Source of the DNA: Lingula anatina
Taxonomy: Eukaryota; Animalia; Brachiopoda
Direction: 5' to 3'
Assembly (NCBI GenBank): GCA_051362555.1
Contig: CM120648.1
Coordinates: forward strand, 2,705,721-2,769,720
DNA: 64,000 nt
In this document: positions 12,168 through 25,774 of the stretch, piece after piece
Layout: the number at the start of each line of letters is the position of its first letter
Position numbering within the stretch: position 1 is the first letter of the stretch
The notes under the pieces: model-generated
Database searches by the model: none
What the model was told of the DNA's origin: nothing
Seen by the model: only the letters and a program-made list of their open reading frames with translations
Program-made: the position numbers and the translations under genes

Positions 12168-13269
12168 TGTAGCTAATCTGCTGTGGCTCAAAACTAATCA
12201 ACTGTAGTCCAGCAAATAAACTTGAATATTGCAACTATTTTTCTATTCTTTACATAAAGACGTGGTCTGTGGTACTAAAAAAATGGTTCGGTGGACAGCT
12301 ACAATTTTATTTCGAATTGCATTCGAAGAAGACCCAATTTTTACGTCTCATAGTTTAGACCAATTTTCGTTCTTGAGTTCTCCTGGAAAGCAGGCCCGTG
12401 GCTTTGTCTTATTTTGGAGTCGCTTCTCTAACCACTGTTTTCTCCAGGGCGGAGATCAGGAGACGTGAGCTAACGATGAATCAGCAGCAACCAGGAGAAT
12501 TACAGGGGTTGTTTAATGGGCCCAGTTCCCATTACTTTTTTTTTGCTATTTTTATGTCTTTAACCTCAAGTTTCGAAAAAATTAAATAAAAATAGAAACC
12601 AGTGCTATTGCAAGAAGATTTTCAACGTTACATGTGGTTTTGGACTCGTAAAAGCGTACATTTCTATAACAAAGCATTTTTATGCTCCACGGTTTCTTTA
12701 CTTAGATTTCGTTGACTTTAATATGCAAAGTTACGTCAAGTTGTCTATGTCTGTCTCAAAGTTTCGACCAATTTTTGACATTCAATGTATTTGTGCAGCA
12801 TTCCCTTGTGGATTCTGAATTTGGAGTAGCATTAACACCCAGAGTGCTGTATTTCTGCAGGTCGTTCACGTGAAATTCGAGGCCGCAGAAGTCGTTATTT
12901 GTAATTGCGTTGCGTATCCCATAATGTATTCTGGTATATAATTGTTTGTGATTTGTATGTGTAATAACGACACCTATTATGTTTTTGTACAAAACAAGTT
13001 ATCCAAAATGCCATCACCACGGAATGCTGAATCCCATTTTATCGTTAATCTTGTATCCAGCTTTACGCGCACTGAATTGTGGTGTATACTTTTTTCCTCC
13101 TTTATGTCCTTTATCTGCATTCATTTTATAGCGAACAACATCATTAAAAAGAAAGCCATGCCAATTATATTTTACCATGGTCTGTTAACAAACTTTAATT
13201 GTTATTTTACGTGGTTTGCCTCCCCAGCATGTAAAAGTACATCTGATTACATATTTTAACATCCATTTT

Positions 13270-14750
13270 TTGTGTTTACGTATTTAGTCCGTTTACACTT
13301 AATTTATTACATTTAAGCTTTAAAAAATAGGCTACAAGATAACCCCTATCCCGTGTTATGTGGTGAACCATATAAAAATGGTTGTCGTGTCTGTGATAAG
13401 CCTGTTATTAGTCAAACAAGGCATTTTATCCCTGACCCACGTTCTACTACTGTATTGCATATTTATTTAGTAACTGCCTTTGTGATATGTCTGTTATTGG
13501 ACGAACAAAGCATCTAAATAAGCCTCTTGAATGCGCGATGAAGTTTGTTTTTTATTTGCAGACAGTCCCTTTTTTTCTTAGAAGAGTTTACTTTATATTG
13601 ATTTAATCTTTCAAATAAAGCCACAGACCAGCGTTCTGTAGCATGAAATATTTATTTAGTAGCTACCTTTGTGATACGCCTGCAATAGACGAACAAGGTA
13701 TTAAAACAAACTGTAAATACCGCACTTTTTATTTAAAAATAGAAACGAATAAAACCAACTGGTCGGTTTTTCGATGTATGGACTTGGTCTCAAGCGCATA
13801 CTTCGTTATAATATATAACATGGTCCGTAGTTTGAACCAAAGTTAATTCATTTCAGTGGACAGCTACAATTTTACCTCGAATTGCAAGTAAAGAAGCCCA
13901 AATCTTTCCGTCTCAAAGTTTTGACCAGTATGCGATATTGAGTTTATTTGTAAAGTGGGCCCATGTTGGAGTCTGTAAACATTGCCGGGGACAATGTACG
14001 TGCATTGAATTGTGGTGTGAGGCCTTTTCTTCAAAATTTTCCTTTATTTCTACACCTAAAAAGAAAGGCCACGTTCACAACCAGTTGATCCTCGTACTAA
14101 CTAGTCCGCGGAGCAAATATGCTGCGAACCACTTAAAAGCGTGCTGAGATTCAATTGCTCTGCTCCTGAGGGGACGGTGCGCGTGGGAGGCAGGAATCCA
14201 TTGTCAAGTGCACGCCATATCAAATACGAGGAACAGTTAGTCAGCGAATCAACTGTTTTTTTTATTTGATCTCGGTCTGTTAGCAAACGCTCATTGGTTT
14301 TATTCCCCTCGGTCGGCCTTCCCAGCAGTCCAAAACAACAGCTGATTAAAAAAAATCGTATTGCTGTTAATTAGTACTCACGTTCTTGCAAATTTGCAGC
14401 AAATTTGCTGCACATTGCGGCAAATGTACAGCAAATTTGCAAGAACTTCTTTCAGATTTGCAGCATACTTGCAGCAACCTTGCAGCAAATATGCGAGAGA
14501 GTTTGCGGCAGGCCTAATATGTTGCGAAGGGCAGTGACATTTTGTAAATATCCACAGAAACAAAATCTGTGGTAACCACGCTATACGTCCGAACAATTGA
14601 AAGCCGTGCTGCCTTGTTTCCTATTTTTTCATGAAACACAAAATACATGCAGTAGCAGTGGATGCAAGCAGGATTGCGTTAGTTGAGAAATGAAACGTGC
14701 AACTGGAGGAGGAGGGGTGTGAATAATATCTCTATCGCAATTCCAAAGCA
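13270..14750 (+). repeat. Non-coding duplicated block, copy A (paralogue of 18005-19800)
   Basis: Collinear matches, e.g. TGTACGTGCATTGAATTGTGGTGTGAGGCCTTTTCTTCAAA (13995/19028) and the TTGCAGCAAATTTG array (14390/19440). Confidence 0.85.
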
Positions 14751-15490
14751 AAAAACGCGAAGCTTCCAAGGATTCAAGAGAAGAAAACTTAAGACTGGTT
14801 CAGGCCTTGGTGTATCTACAGACTGGTTTGTGCCTGGGATTTATGTATTTGATATAATGCATGTTCAGAGTTTGCAAATACTACGTACTGTAGCAACCAA
14901 GAAAGATATATGCACTAAAATTACGTATAGTTTTACATTTGCATTACATGCAAGTAGTTTGTGGCATCAGAAATGATGATTCTGTATTTAAGGGTACATC
15001 AATGTGATTATGTAAATATCTTGAAGCTGATATTTGAAATATTGTTTGTCTTTGTACGCAAAAAAAAAAGAGATTATATTTTACAGTCAAAGTTATAGAT
15101 TACATAACAGTTCATATTATGTGTTGGGACACAGGTCGCTGCCTTGACAAGGTGAAAGTTTTGCCTGACAAGATCTTATCTTCCTACCGTAGTGAAGAGT
15201 CGATTCCTTGGAGAGGTATGCTTAGTTGAGGTATGCTCTATGAGCCTCTGCATAATTTATTCCCTCCATCCCTTAACAGGATAAATTTAAATATTTCACT
15301 TCTCGTCCACGTCAAACGGCTCTTGAAAAGGTGCGAACGTTGAATCGTAATTTATACAGCCCACTGTATTAATCCATCATTTTGTTAAGTAAACCCTTTT
15401 AATAGCATTTACCATGGGTGTTTGGGAAAACCTTGTGATATATCAGACATACTGTCGCCGCTCAGTTCTCATCGTATTATGCATCATATT

Positions 15491-15656
15491 CAGGGACGAG
15501 TCCAGAGATATTTTCTGACAGTTTTCCAAATAATCTTTGTTGATCCATCCTCCATTTTTGACCGTCTTCTGACAGAAAAATTGATACCCGTCAATGTAAA
15601 CTTGAACAACTGACCGTCTACAGGAAGACCAAGAAGACGGCCACAATCCACCCCTG
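15491..15656. mobile_element. MITE, same family as 4235-4402, 5-bp TSD ATATT
   Basis: ATATT|CAGGGACGAGTCCAGAGATATTTTCTGACAG...ATCCACCCCTG|ATATT. Confidence 0.85.
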
Positions 15657-16269
15657 ATATTATGTCACTACTTAAATTCGCTCTCCAACTTTACTCCATA
15701 TGTATCACATGTGTTTTATACTTTGCTCATTGCTTTTATCTTTCGTGGTAAAATCATAAAGAAATTCTTAACCTAAGCTTAAAAAAACGGATTTGAAAGA
15801 TAATTTAAAAATGGTGAATTACGAGTGTGAATGTTTGACGAAGCGGATGGTGCTCGCTATTTTATTAGTACTGTCGTGAAAACAATACTTTCAAGGTCCA
15901 TGATATTGCAGGCCTTACAGTAAGAACAGCCACTAAAATCCTTATAGATTTGAACTGATATAAACCTGCAATGGAGGTGCACTCAGCCAAACCACACGCT
16001 GGAAAAATAAACGAATACACAACTCCAGATATCTGATAGGAATGTGTTTTATTGTGGATAGGAATGTGTTTTATTGTGTAACCATTGTGGGTAGAATTGA
16101 TTTTCTGTTGCATGACGTAAAAACACCTTTCCCTACCTGCATTGACAGCTGTGTCGCAGGACTCCGTGTGCAAAAGCATTTGAGCTAATTTAGGACAAAT
16201 AAAACTCGAGTCTTTTGGTAATACTTACGGCAGAGAGGCCTACAGGTAAAGCCTGTTGAACCCGAAGCA

Positions 16270-16935
16270 ATGTGTAACTGGGGTATATTAAAGGCGGGGA
16301 TATTACTCGGCATCAGTTCTGCTGATGTTTATCTGGACTGGAAAGCACGTAGTACATTATATGAACAATATTTTGGCGAAACCCCAGAGAAAATTGACCC
16401 TCCCCCTGCTGCAGCAGTCCAAGCACTGCTGGTGTTCAACATCTTTGGTACTATATTGTACCTTTTTGAAGTTATAAACGAATGGAGTGACTGTTGGCAT
16501 TGTTGTTGTGGAGCATGTACCCCAGGCTGTTGTGACATACCATGCGAAGATTATTGCGATGACGAGTGTGGTATAAGTTGTTGTGAGGACGGTGCATGTT
16601 GCGGAGTGTGTAAAACGACGACCCCGTCTTTAATGGAGCCTCTTACTCTTCAGCTGGTGATTCTTATCCTGGAAGAATTCCCAATGTCCGTGATTTACTG
16701 GAACCTAGATTATACTACCTGTTGGCAGATGCCAGCCTCTTTGACCGGTATGGCGTCGCCCGGGGCCAGGTGGATTTGGGCAATGATTTCACGCAGAATG
16801 TGCGAAAGGGATCAGCAATGCTGGCGCAAGTGGGTTTTCTGTGTGATGTCACTACCGTTTATTGGCATCACAGTGTTCAACGTGTTGGCATGGGAAACTC
16901 TCGAACACACTCAAAAACTACACAGGTTCTGCTAA
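16270..16935 (+). CDS. Uncharacterised multi-pass membrane protein with Cys-rich loop (221 aa, single ORF)
   Basis: 666-nt ORF with ATG in GCAATG context; about 4 hydrophobic segments; 15 Cys in 40 residues between segments 2 and 3; LEEFP motif. Confidence 0.65.
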   Translation: MCNWGILKAGILLGISSADVYLDWKARSTLYEQYFGETPEKIDPPPAAAVQALLVFNIFGTILYLFEVINEWSDCWHCCCGACTPGCCDIPCEDYCDDECGISCCEDGACCGVCKTTTPSLMEPLTLQLVILILEEFPMSVIYWNLDYTTCWQMPASLTGMASPGARWIWAMISRRMCERDQQCWRKWVFCVMSLPFIGITVFNVLAWETLEHTQKLHRFC

Positions 16936-18004
16936 AATCCTCGACGGACATTTTCAAATGGTCAAAATGATATATGGACAATTGCTTGACCCAAAACGTT
17001 AGTAAGTAAAATATGCATTTCATTGTTGGAAATACATGTAATGCAAGGCAACCGAAGAAGGCATCAAGTACGTTTGTATTTTTGATTTTAAATAAAAGTT
17101 GCATACATGTTTAAATTCGAGGAGAAAAGGCCAGCAACTAAGTGAAGTAGCAAATACCACGGAACATATCGTGTAAATTATCCCATCAGAGAAACGTTGT
17201 ACTCCAGTCACTGTTTAAATATTTTTCTTATATAATTGAGACCACTTTTTTCATAGATAAACAATGCTAATCCGTTCAGCTAGTAATCAAACTCATCAAA
17301 AGTTCTTCGTGACGTTCAGAGCTTGCTTATCACTTTGCAGTACAGCATTATGTGTAATCAAAAAAACGATTAATTGCATGGGCTCCGACTGATTACGTAG
17401 TATTCCAGAGAGATGTTTTTTTTTTTTTTTTATAATATCTCTGTTTAATCAAAGCTGCACTGTTAATTGCTTGAAATACCTATTTGTGATTTGTGCAAAT
17501 TTTCAAGTTAAGCTTATAATGTGTGGGCCATTTAAAGCGGCCTTGATTGGCCAGATCTGAAACAACCATTGCTCTGCGTTTGTTTGCCAATTTTGTATTT
17601 TTGTCAGATTTGGTGACAGCAATAATTAAAATTGGGGAGTCTTCACTGAGGAGATTTAAAGAACAACTAATAATATTAAGAGGTAAACAAAGGATGTCAA
17701 AAAATCATTAATAATATCATTTTAACAATTTCTCAAACTGGGGATTATAGCGTAAGTAGGTTCTCATGAATTTATGCGGTAACTCAGAAATTAGTTAAAT
17801 TTCTAAAGGCAGATAAAGTGACTGGGCTTATTACATGTACATGTAGCAGGCTTTGCTCAGGGCGTTCCTTTTGTGAAATCGATTATAATTAAAGACAGGC
17901 TTAATATCAAATAGATTCTGTATATGTTAATAATATTCGATCTCCAAGCGTGATGAGGTAAGTCCTTCTTTCATAGTCAGTTTCACTTTTCTTGGAAGTA
18001 TTTA

Positions 18005-19800
18005 CTTTATTTACGTATTTAGTCACGTATCAATCAATTAATCTAATTTAAGCTTTAAAATACTGGCTTTAATCTAACCCCTACAGGCCCGTAGCCAGGG
18101 GGGGTTCGGAGGGTTAGAAAGAACCACCCCTTTTGCTGGAAAAAGGTCCACTCTGGGTAAAATGTAATCTAGGTACATAAAGTTTTTATGGGAAAAGGTC
18201 CACTTTTTCAAAAAAAGAACCTCCTTTTGAAATTGCTGGATACGGGCCTGCCCTAACCCGTGTTATGTGGCGTACCCTACTAAACTGGCTGTTGTGTCTG
18301 TAATAACCCTATTATTAGACAAACAAAGTGTTTTAATGCTTAAAAAAACAACCAAAAAGAAACAGACAGGTGTATAGTAAAATAAAAATAACCACAATGT
18401 TTGTTTTATCACTGGGATGTTTCTTTAACAATTCAATTTTAATTGGAATTGGGAGGGTTGGTTTAATTTGTAGAACACGCGATAAGGTTCGAGTTTACAT
18501 TTCTTGGAAGTATTTACGTATACTTTATTTGAACGTTCAGACATAGACTTCAGTATAACCCTGACACTTTCAACATTATTTTTTTAGTAACTGCCTTTGT
18601 TATACGTCTGTTATTAGACGAACAAAGCATCCAAACAAATTGAAAACTATATCCTTTTGATATACGGGTAAGATAAATGGGAAAATTAAGCAGGTCTTTG
18701 TTTTTCACGGATTGAAATATGCAATATTTTGTTATAAAATTTGGATTGGTTGAAGCGTTGATAAAATTAAAACAAAAGGTTAAGCTTTGATTGGTCTGTG
18801 GAAGAGTAGAGTGGGAATATTTATCTCTTGAATGTATGTTGAGGCTTGCTCTTTATTTGCAGGCAGTCTCTTTCTTTCTGAGAAGTGTTTATTTTATATT
18901 GATTCAATCTTTCAAATAAAGCCCCAGACCCGCATTCTATAGCCTGACATATTTATTTAGTGTCTTTGTTGCATTACCTCACCACGAAACGATACATTTC
19001 TTTTAATCTTATATCGAGTATCCGGTTGTACGTGCATTGAATTGTGGTGTGAGGCCTTTTCTTCAAATTTTCCTTTATTTCCACATCTAAAAAGAAAGGC
19101 CACGTTCACAACCAGTTGATCCTCGTACTAACTAGTCCGCGGATCAAATATGGTGCAACCCACTGAAAGCATGCAGAAATTTAATTGTTCGGGCCTGGTT
19201 GGGACGGTGCGCGTGAGAGACTGGAATCCATTGTCAAATGCACGCCATATTTGATCCCAGGAATAGTTAGTCTGCGGACCAACTGGTTGCAAACACGACC
19301 ACAATCACGCCATTTTTTTATTTGATCTCGGTCTGTTAGCAAACGCCGATTGGTTTTATTCCCCTCGGTGGGCCTTCCCAGCAGTCCAAAACAACATCTG
19401 ATAAAAAATCGTATTGCTGTTAATTAGTATTCACGTTCTTGCAAATTTGCAGCAAATTTGCAGCACAATGCGGCAAATGTACAGCAAGTTTGCAAGTCTT
19501 TTTTCAGATTTGCAGCATACTTGTAGCAACCTTGCAGCAAATGTGTGAGAGAGTTTGCGGCAGGCCTGATATATTGCAAAAGGCAGTTACATTTTGTAAA
19601 TATCCACAGAAACAAAATATGTTGTTAACCAAACTATACGTCCGAACAATAGACAGCTGTGCTGCCTTGTTTCCTATTTCTTCATGAAACACAAAATACA
19701 TGCAGCAACAGTGGATGCAAACAGGATTGCGTTAGTTGAGAAATGAAATGCACAGCCTGAGAGGGTTATAAAGGATCTCTCTACCGCAATCCCAAAGCAT
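18005..19800 (+). repeat. Non-coding duplicated block, copy B
   Basis: Collinear with 13270-14750, with extra insertions including the MITE at 18084. Confidence 0.85.
18084..18250. mobile_element. MITE with CAGGCCCGTAGCCAG TIR and 5-bp TSD CCCTA
   Basis: CCCTA|CAGGCCCGTAGCCAG...CTGGATACGGGCCTG|CCCTA; the paralogous site near 13340 is empty with a single CCCTA. Confidence 0.9.
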
Positions 19801-20303
19801 TGGTCGCAGACTTGCATACGCCGCAAAAATTGTCAATTTCTCAAACACATTCCTCCTTCGGGATTTCCCTGATTTTTGCTGTGATTGCTCCCCACAGTTC
19901 ACCCATCATTTGAGGGTTGTTTAGGTACACTGAATCGTTGAGATGCCCCCACAAAAAATCTGGGGGAGAGGGGGTTTAAGTCCGGTGAATCACGTGCCCA
20001 CTGAACATCACACTTCCTGCTGATACCTATACCAACGCAACAAAGGTAAACATATGATAAGATTTTGGGCATATTTGTATCTTATTGAATAATTGCCTAT
20101 ACCAACGCTTTATTTATACATATGCCTATCAATTCAGATAACAACCACTTAGACTAACCTTTAATACACACATTTGGTTTAAGGCACACCACGCGCGTGA
20201 CACCGTGATAAAGGACACTTTCTCCTGGAAATTTCAGCATATCACTCAGTTAAAATGGCAATATTCATGACGAGAATGGCTGCCACCAACGACTTAAACC
20301 CAC

Positions 20304-20336
20304 GTAACGTAACGTAACGTAACGTAACGTAACGTA
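20304..20336. repeat. (CGTAA)n pentanucleotide microsatellite
   Basis: Six-plus perfect units; the paralogous site near 25662 has only CGTAACGTA. Confidence 0.9.
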
Positions 20337-21605
20337 GTCCATGGTTTGGATATAACATACCCTTGTGAAGGGGAAAGTGATCGCATTTATAGAAAAAAAT
20401 TTAACTCTCTAGCCGACTCACAGAGTCAGCTGCTATCAAAACCTCCCGAGATTTCAGCTGCCGATGGACTGGGGGAATTATGCTGAGTATGCGCGATAGA
20501 GAAAGAGTTTGTGTTTACTCGAAGCTAAAGGTCGAGAGGTGCCCGAACAGCCACGTGCATCGGCAGCTGAGGAGGGAAGGCGCCCTAACAACCACCGTCA
20601 GCTAGCTTAGGAGGGACCGGATCACGGCTCTGTGGACGATCTGATCGGTGAGTTATATCTAGGGATAAATAAGGCTGCCTCGTAGGTCTTAATTTTTGGG
20701 GTGTGTGCGCGCGTGGCGTGTGTGTGTGCGTGTGTGTGTGTGCACGTGGCTGTCTCCTTGACATATTTACATGTATGTGTGTGAGGGGGGGGCTTAGCTG
20801 AAACTAAATGGGACATCGTATTGTTGTGCGTATGAGGGGAGAGCATAGTGGAAGACATGGGACCAGCTTGATCGTGTTATTGTAACAATATAGCTATGCA
20901 CTTGTTGATGAACACATCTATGTAACTAACCTAACATTATTATAAGTTGTAAGATAATTCCAAGATAACACTACGACCTCAAATCATTGATCTCGGCATC
21001 CTGGCTATAACCTAAGTCCTTGTAACTCGGTGGTCAGCTCATTAGTTCAGTACTGGCCACAAGCTGACCTTTCGATTCTATATATACTTCAGCTACTTGC
21101 TCAAGCCATCTGCAGGGTATACAAATAAAATCCATGCAACTCCAGCCGATGTGTGTGTATCCAAGCCGTGTATTCCAAACACAGTTTATATTTACACTCT
21201 GTGTAACAGTGTCACGTGTCTCGCCTACTCCAGTGTAAGGGAGCGTTGAGATAAGCCCATCGCATTTGCTGGATCGATCCAACTTTGCGAGAGATTCTCC
21301 GTAAGTGCAATCACGGCAATCGGCTTAAATGTCTGAAACGCTTCCTAGGGTTGCTAGTGAGTAATTACCTAATTAACTACCTACTCAAGTGAATGGGCTT
21401 TATAGCGAGAATCCCCAGCAGAGATGGATCGATTCAGCTGGTGCAATGATTGAGCTTTCAAGAACACGTTCTCAGTGTTCTCCTGGCAATGTTATGTGTG
21501 TGAAGGTGTTCGTTGTAGATTGGCATATCTCATTATTGTAATATTTAGCGGTTTGATCATAGTGATTTTGTAATTATGCGCTAGCATCAATACACATCAT
21601 CATCA

Positions 21606-21649
<44 letters not shown>

Positions 21650-21717
21650 TTAGTACCAACAAAGATTATTATTATTGTTTATATTTGTAGTCAGCCGAAA
21701 AACAAACGAACATTTGC

Positions 21718-24700
21718 ATGGCTGGCGTTAAAAACTCTCCGAACAATTTGAATAGAAACGTTTCGGGAGTCGGAGTAGGGCCAGATCTCACGAAGATGAA
21801 ACCAGACATCCAACCCAGAAACAATATGAGCGTCAGTCTGCCAAATTTGGTATTGGGGTCTTCAGTCATGTCCCTCCCTCGTGTCAAGGAAGAAAAAGAA
21901 GAAGATATCCCGGTGTCAACCCCTGAAGAAGAACTGCGAGGCTTTTGTGATCACGTGGACAGCGGGTGGTCTTGGGTTGTCATGGTAGCAGGAGCAGTGG
22001 GACTCTTCCTTGGCAACGGGTACTTGTATAGTTGCGGTCAGTGATTGGTTTTACTATTTGAGCGACCACTGAAAAGAAGAGGTTATTGTTTATCATATAC
22101 TCGATATCAGAAAATATTAAGAGAGGCTTCTTAAAATATAAGTTAATAAGGTATTAAATGGATGACGATTTGTCCCACCAAAGACAAAGCTGCTTTCACG
22201 TTTAAAAATGGTTATATATTGTTCCTGTGTCTCAGTAACTCGTTGTATTCCAGGTGTGTTCTACCTACCGTTATTGGAGGATCTGGGTGAAGGGGACGTT
22301 CTCACCTCCATGGTGGGTTCTGTGTTTCTGGGACAGACAATTATATCAGGTATAAATAGCGGCGTTGCTGACCGACGCCTAAGTGACTCGGCTTAAAGCA
22401 CACAGTATAGGCTACTATAACAAAGCCTCTTCTCTGTTCTCCGTTGCACCAAACGGTTTACTGGCGCTCCATTCACCTTGCAGCAATTAGAATTGTTTTT
22501 TATTTGGTCCTCATTTCCAGGCTTCCTGGCCAGTATACTGTGTGACAAGCTGGACTGTAGGAGAGGCTGTATGATAGGAGGGCTGTTCACCGCCGCTGGT
22601 CTGGTGGGAAGTTTCTTTGCCAGCAACTGTACTCATCTCATCATATCCTTTGGGGTGTTTACAGGTGCGTTTGCAATATATAGTATGCAGGGTCGATATA
22701 AATATAAATGTATATACTCACAGATAGAGTAAGGTATATTTTCTACTGATGATTCACTGTTGACAAAATCTGATGATTTGTGCGTAACCCCTTTAGCCGC
22801 AGTCTTGGGGATTTCTATATATTCGATCATTTGCCAGAATCTGAGGCATTAAATGTGAACTGATACTTATATTCGACTGCAGTGCCCTGTATTCCACCTA
22901 ATAATTCTGTTTATTGTATGGGTGTACGTCTTTCCAGGGGTAGGCCTAGTGTTTTGTTACCAAGCGGTTCATATCAGCGTATCCCACTACTTCAGCGCCA
23001 GAAGATCCTTTGCCATTGCCATCATGCAAACCGGAGCCAGTGTGGGACAAATGGTTTGGGGACCACTGACACACTACTTCATTGACATCTACACATGGAG
23101 AGGGGCGTTTTTAATGCTCTCGGCTTCTAGTCTGCATTTAATAGCAGTTGGAGCGTTGTTACGACCCCACAGAAATGAGTACCTTCACAAGAAACAGAAA
23201 AGTGGTAGTGTCTTTGACATAAAGGTGTTTCAGAATATTCCATTTGACCTCATAGTATGTAATACCATATTGATGGCTTTGGTGATTGGGATGTTTTTCC
23301 TTCATTTTCCTGCGTATGCCGTTTACTCGGGGACATCAGTGCACGCGTCTTCGTTACTGCTTGGTGCTATTGGAATAACTGGCCTCGTTCTGAAACCACT
23401 TTTTGGCGCCGTTATGAATCACCCGGATGTGGGTATGTGGACGGTTTACAGCATATCGCAATCGGTCACTGGTGTCGTTACATTATTGTGCCCGTTATTT
23501 ATGATTACCTTTACAGGACAGTTACTTTACGCTGTTATATTTGCTGTATACCTGACGCCTTATTTCACTGGAGTTGTTGCTATAACATTGGATAGTGTAG
23601 TCCCCAAACATTATGGAGCCTCGTTGGGAATACTGTCGAGTGCTGTGGGACTTGGACATTTCTTGGGGCCTGTAATAGGAGGTACGACTCTTTTAAAGAC
23701 ATACCTTTTAATAAGCTAGGTCTAGAGGAACTGAAGAAAAAAAGACAGGCAGAAGGACATAGGGACAGACGCAAAACGGACGCACAGACGGACGGACCAA
23801 CAGATAAACGAAATGAATTGACTGAGCTCTTTACATCCCACTGAAACTGAACTATAACTTATGAAAGTGGCAGTGGCATATTATCTAATAAAGTAACTGA
23901 TTTGATTAATAGAATAACATTAGATAATAATGAATATCAAACATGTATGCAGGCATTCGGACAGGTAAACAAATGATTGGTCATTCTAAAATTTTGTTAA
24001 AAACAGCATTTTTATCATTTGACCAACACGTTTATCATTTGAAAATAGAATGCGAAGGAGAGACGTGAAATTAAATAGTATGTTTCGTGATATTTCCATG
24101 TTTTACAAACGCTCTACATCTGTACCATATGATGACGCCAGCAGCAATTTCTTGGTATGAATTCGCGTTACTTGCTGTATTATTTAGACTGGAAGCATCG
24201 GCTCAAAGTGTGATTCCATATTAGCTACTGTTTGATTTTAATTGTTTTCTTATTCCACTAAAGGTTGGACGTATAGCGTTACCGGCTCGTATGCCGCAGC
24301 CATGCAGTTTGCAGGTAAGACTAAGTGCGTGTTTAGTTCCGATGAAAAAAATATGTCATACAATAAAAAGTACAGAACCCCCTGATTATTCTCTCTCAGA
24401 TGCATGCCTTTTTTTAAAGAAAGATAATGTTGCCTTTCCATTAATTATACATGTAGAATAAATGGTCGAAATCCATAAGATATGGTAGATAAGGTTGAGA
24501 AGCATTTCAAAAACGAGTTTGTTCTCATTATATTATTTCACAGGTGGCTGTTTATTTGTTAACACCCTGATTATGTTAGCAATGAAGGTGGCGCCCACGA
24601 AGACTCTCAGTGAGGATACAGTGCAGGATAACAAACTCAATGACGTCACTTCCGGTTACCATGCCGATATCCACTCCTCATCTCATTTTACCAAAGATGC

Positions 24701-24779
24701 CGAGAAGCTTAAGGCAGCGTCTCATTCAGATATTCCTGTTAAATCGAGTAATATTCATACTTATAACCCAAGCAATTAA
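21718..24779 (+). CDS. Monocarboxylate transporter-like MFS protein (SLC16 family), copy 1
   Basis: Exons 21718(or 21796)-22036, 22254-22349, 22521-22664, 22938-23681, 24264-24314, 24544-24779; motifs DSGWSWVV, YFSARRSFA, YTWRGAFL, ALLRP, TGSY. A likely non-coding first exon ends near 20647 (G|GTGAGT). Confidence 0.92.
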
Positions 24780-25774
24780 TTGTTTTCTGTCTTATTGTGA
24801 AAACGTTGGGCGTGACCTATAAACACAAAATATATTCTTCATCAAGTGACTTAAAAATGTACATTGCTTGTGTACAGTATATACTAATAATATTAAAAAA
24901 AAGTGCCAAAGTGGGGTTTGTGCCTTATTCCCATAGATTGTAATATATCTGTGCTTCTTCTGGACTCTCAAATGAATTATATTGAAGAAGATATATCTAC
25001 GTTCCATCCACTGTGCACAAACCAAGAAATTGTGAAAATGAAACTTCTGCAAAGAAAGAGAATCGTTATAACGTGAAAGATGTTTTTCATCATCTCAGCT
25101 GAAATGTAACAAGAAATCGAACTGACGCTGTACTAATGTTTGTGCACAAATGATTAATACATGTATAACAGTTTATTTTTACTTGAGTTGGGGGTTGGGG
25201 GAGGGGTGGGCAAGATTACCCTATTGTACACAGGTTATCTGCGTTCAAGATAAAACACGAAATCAAAACTTGGTAGCCACGCGTCTTTCGTGCCCCTCCC
25301 TGCTTGTATAAAGTACAATGTAAAGCGGAAATAGGACTATATACACTGTTAAACCGAAAGCGGCACCTACGACAAAGGTAAACATCTTAATCCTCCCAGT
25401 ATGATAAGATTTGGGGCATATTTGTATCTTATTGAATAATTGCCTATACCAATGCTATATTTATACATAGGCTATATACCTGTATAAGCATCAACTGAGA
25501 TAATATAGACTAACATGTAAAACATACAGGTGGTTTAAAGCATACCACGCACTTTAGATAGGACAATCATTTTTCCTGGGAATTTCAGCGTTTTCCACCA
25601 GTTAAAATGGCCAGTATTCATAACGAGAATGACTGCCACCAACGATTTAAACCCCAGTTTACGTAACGTAGTCCATGATTTAGATATAACATACCCTGGT
25701 GAAGGGGGATGGTGAAAACATCTATAGAAATAAAAACTGCCGACTTACAGGGATAGAATCAGCTTCTATCAAGC

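Noticed and set aside
14378-14596. Similar small ORFs at 14378-14596 and 19424-19701 (CCKYAANL...)
   Set aside because: They derive from a low-complexity TTGCAGCAAA array in the duplicated block; frames and stops are not preserved between copies.
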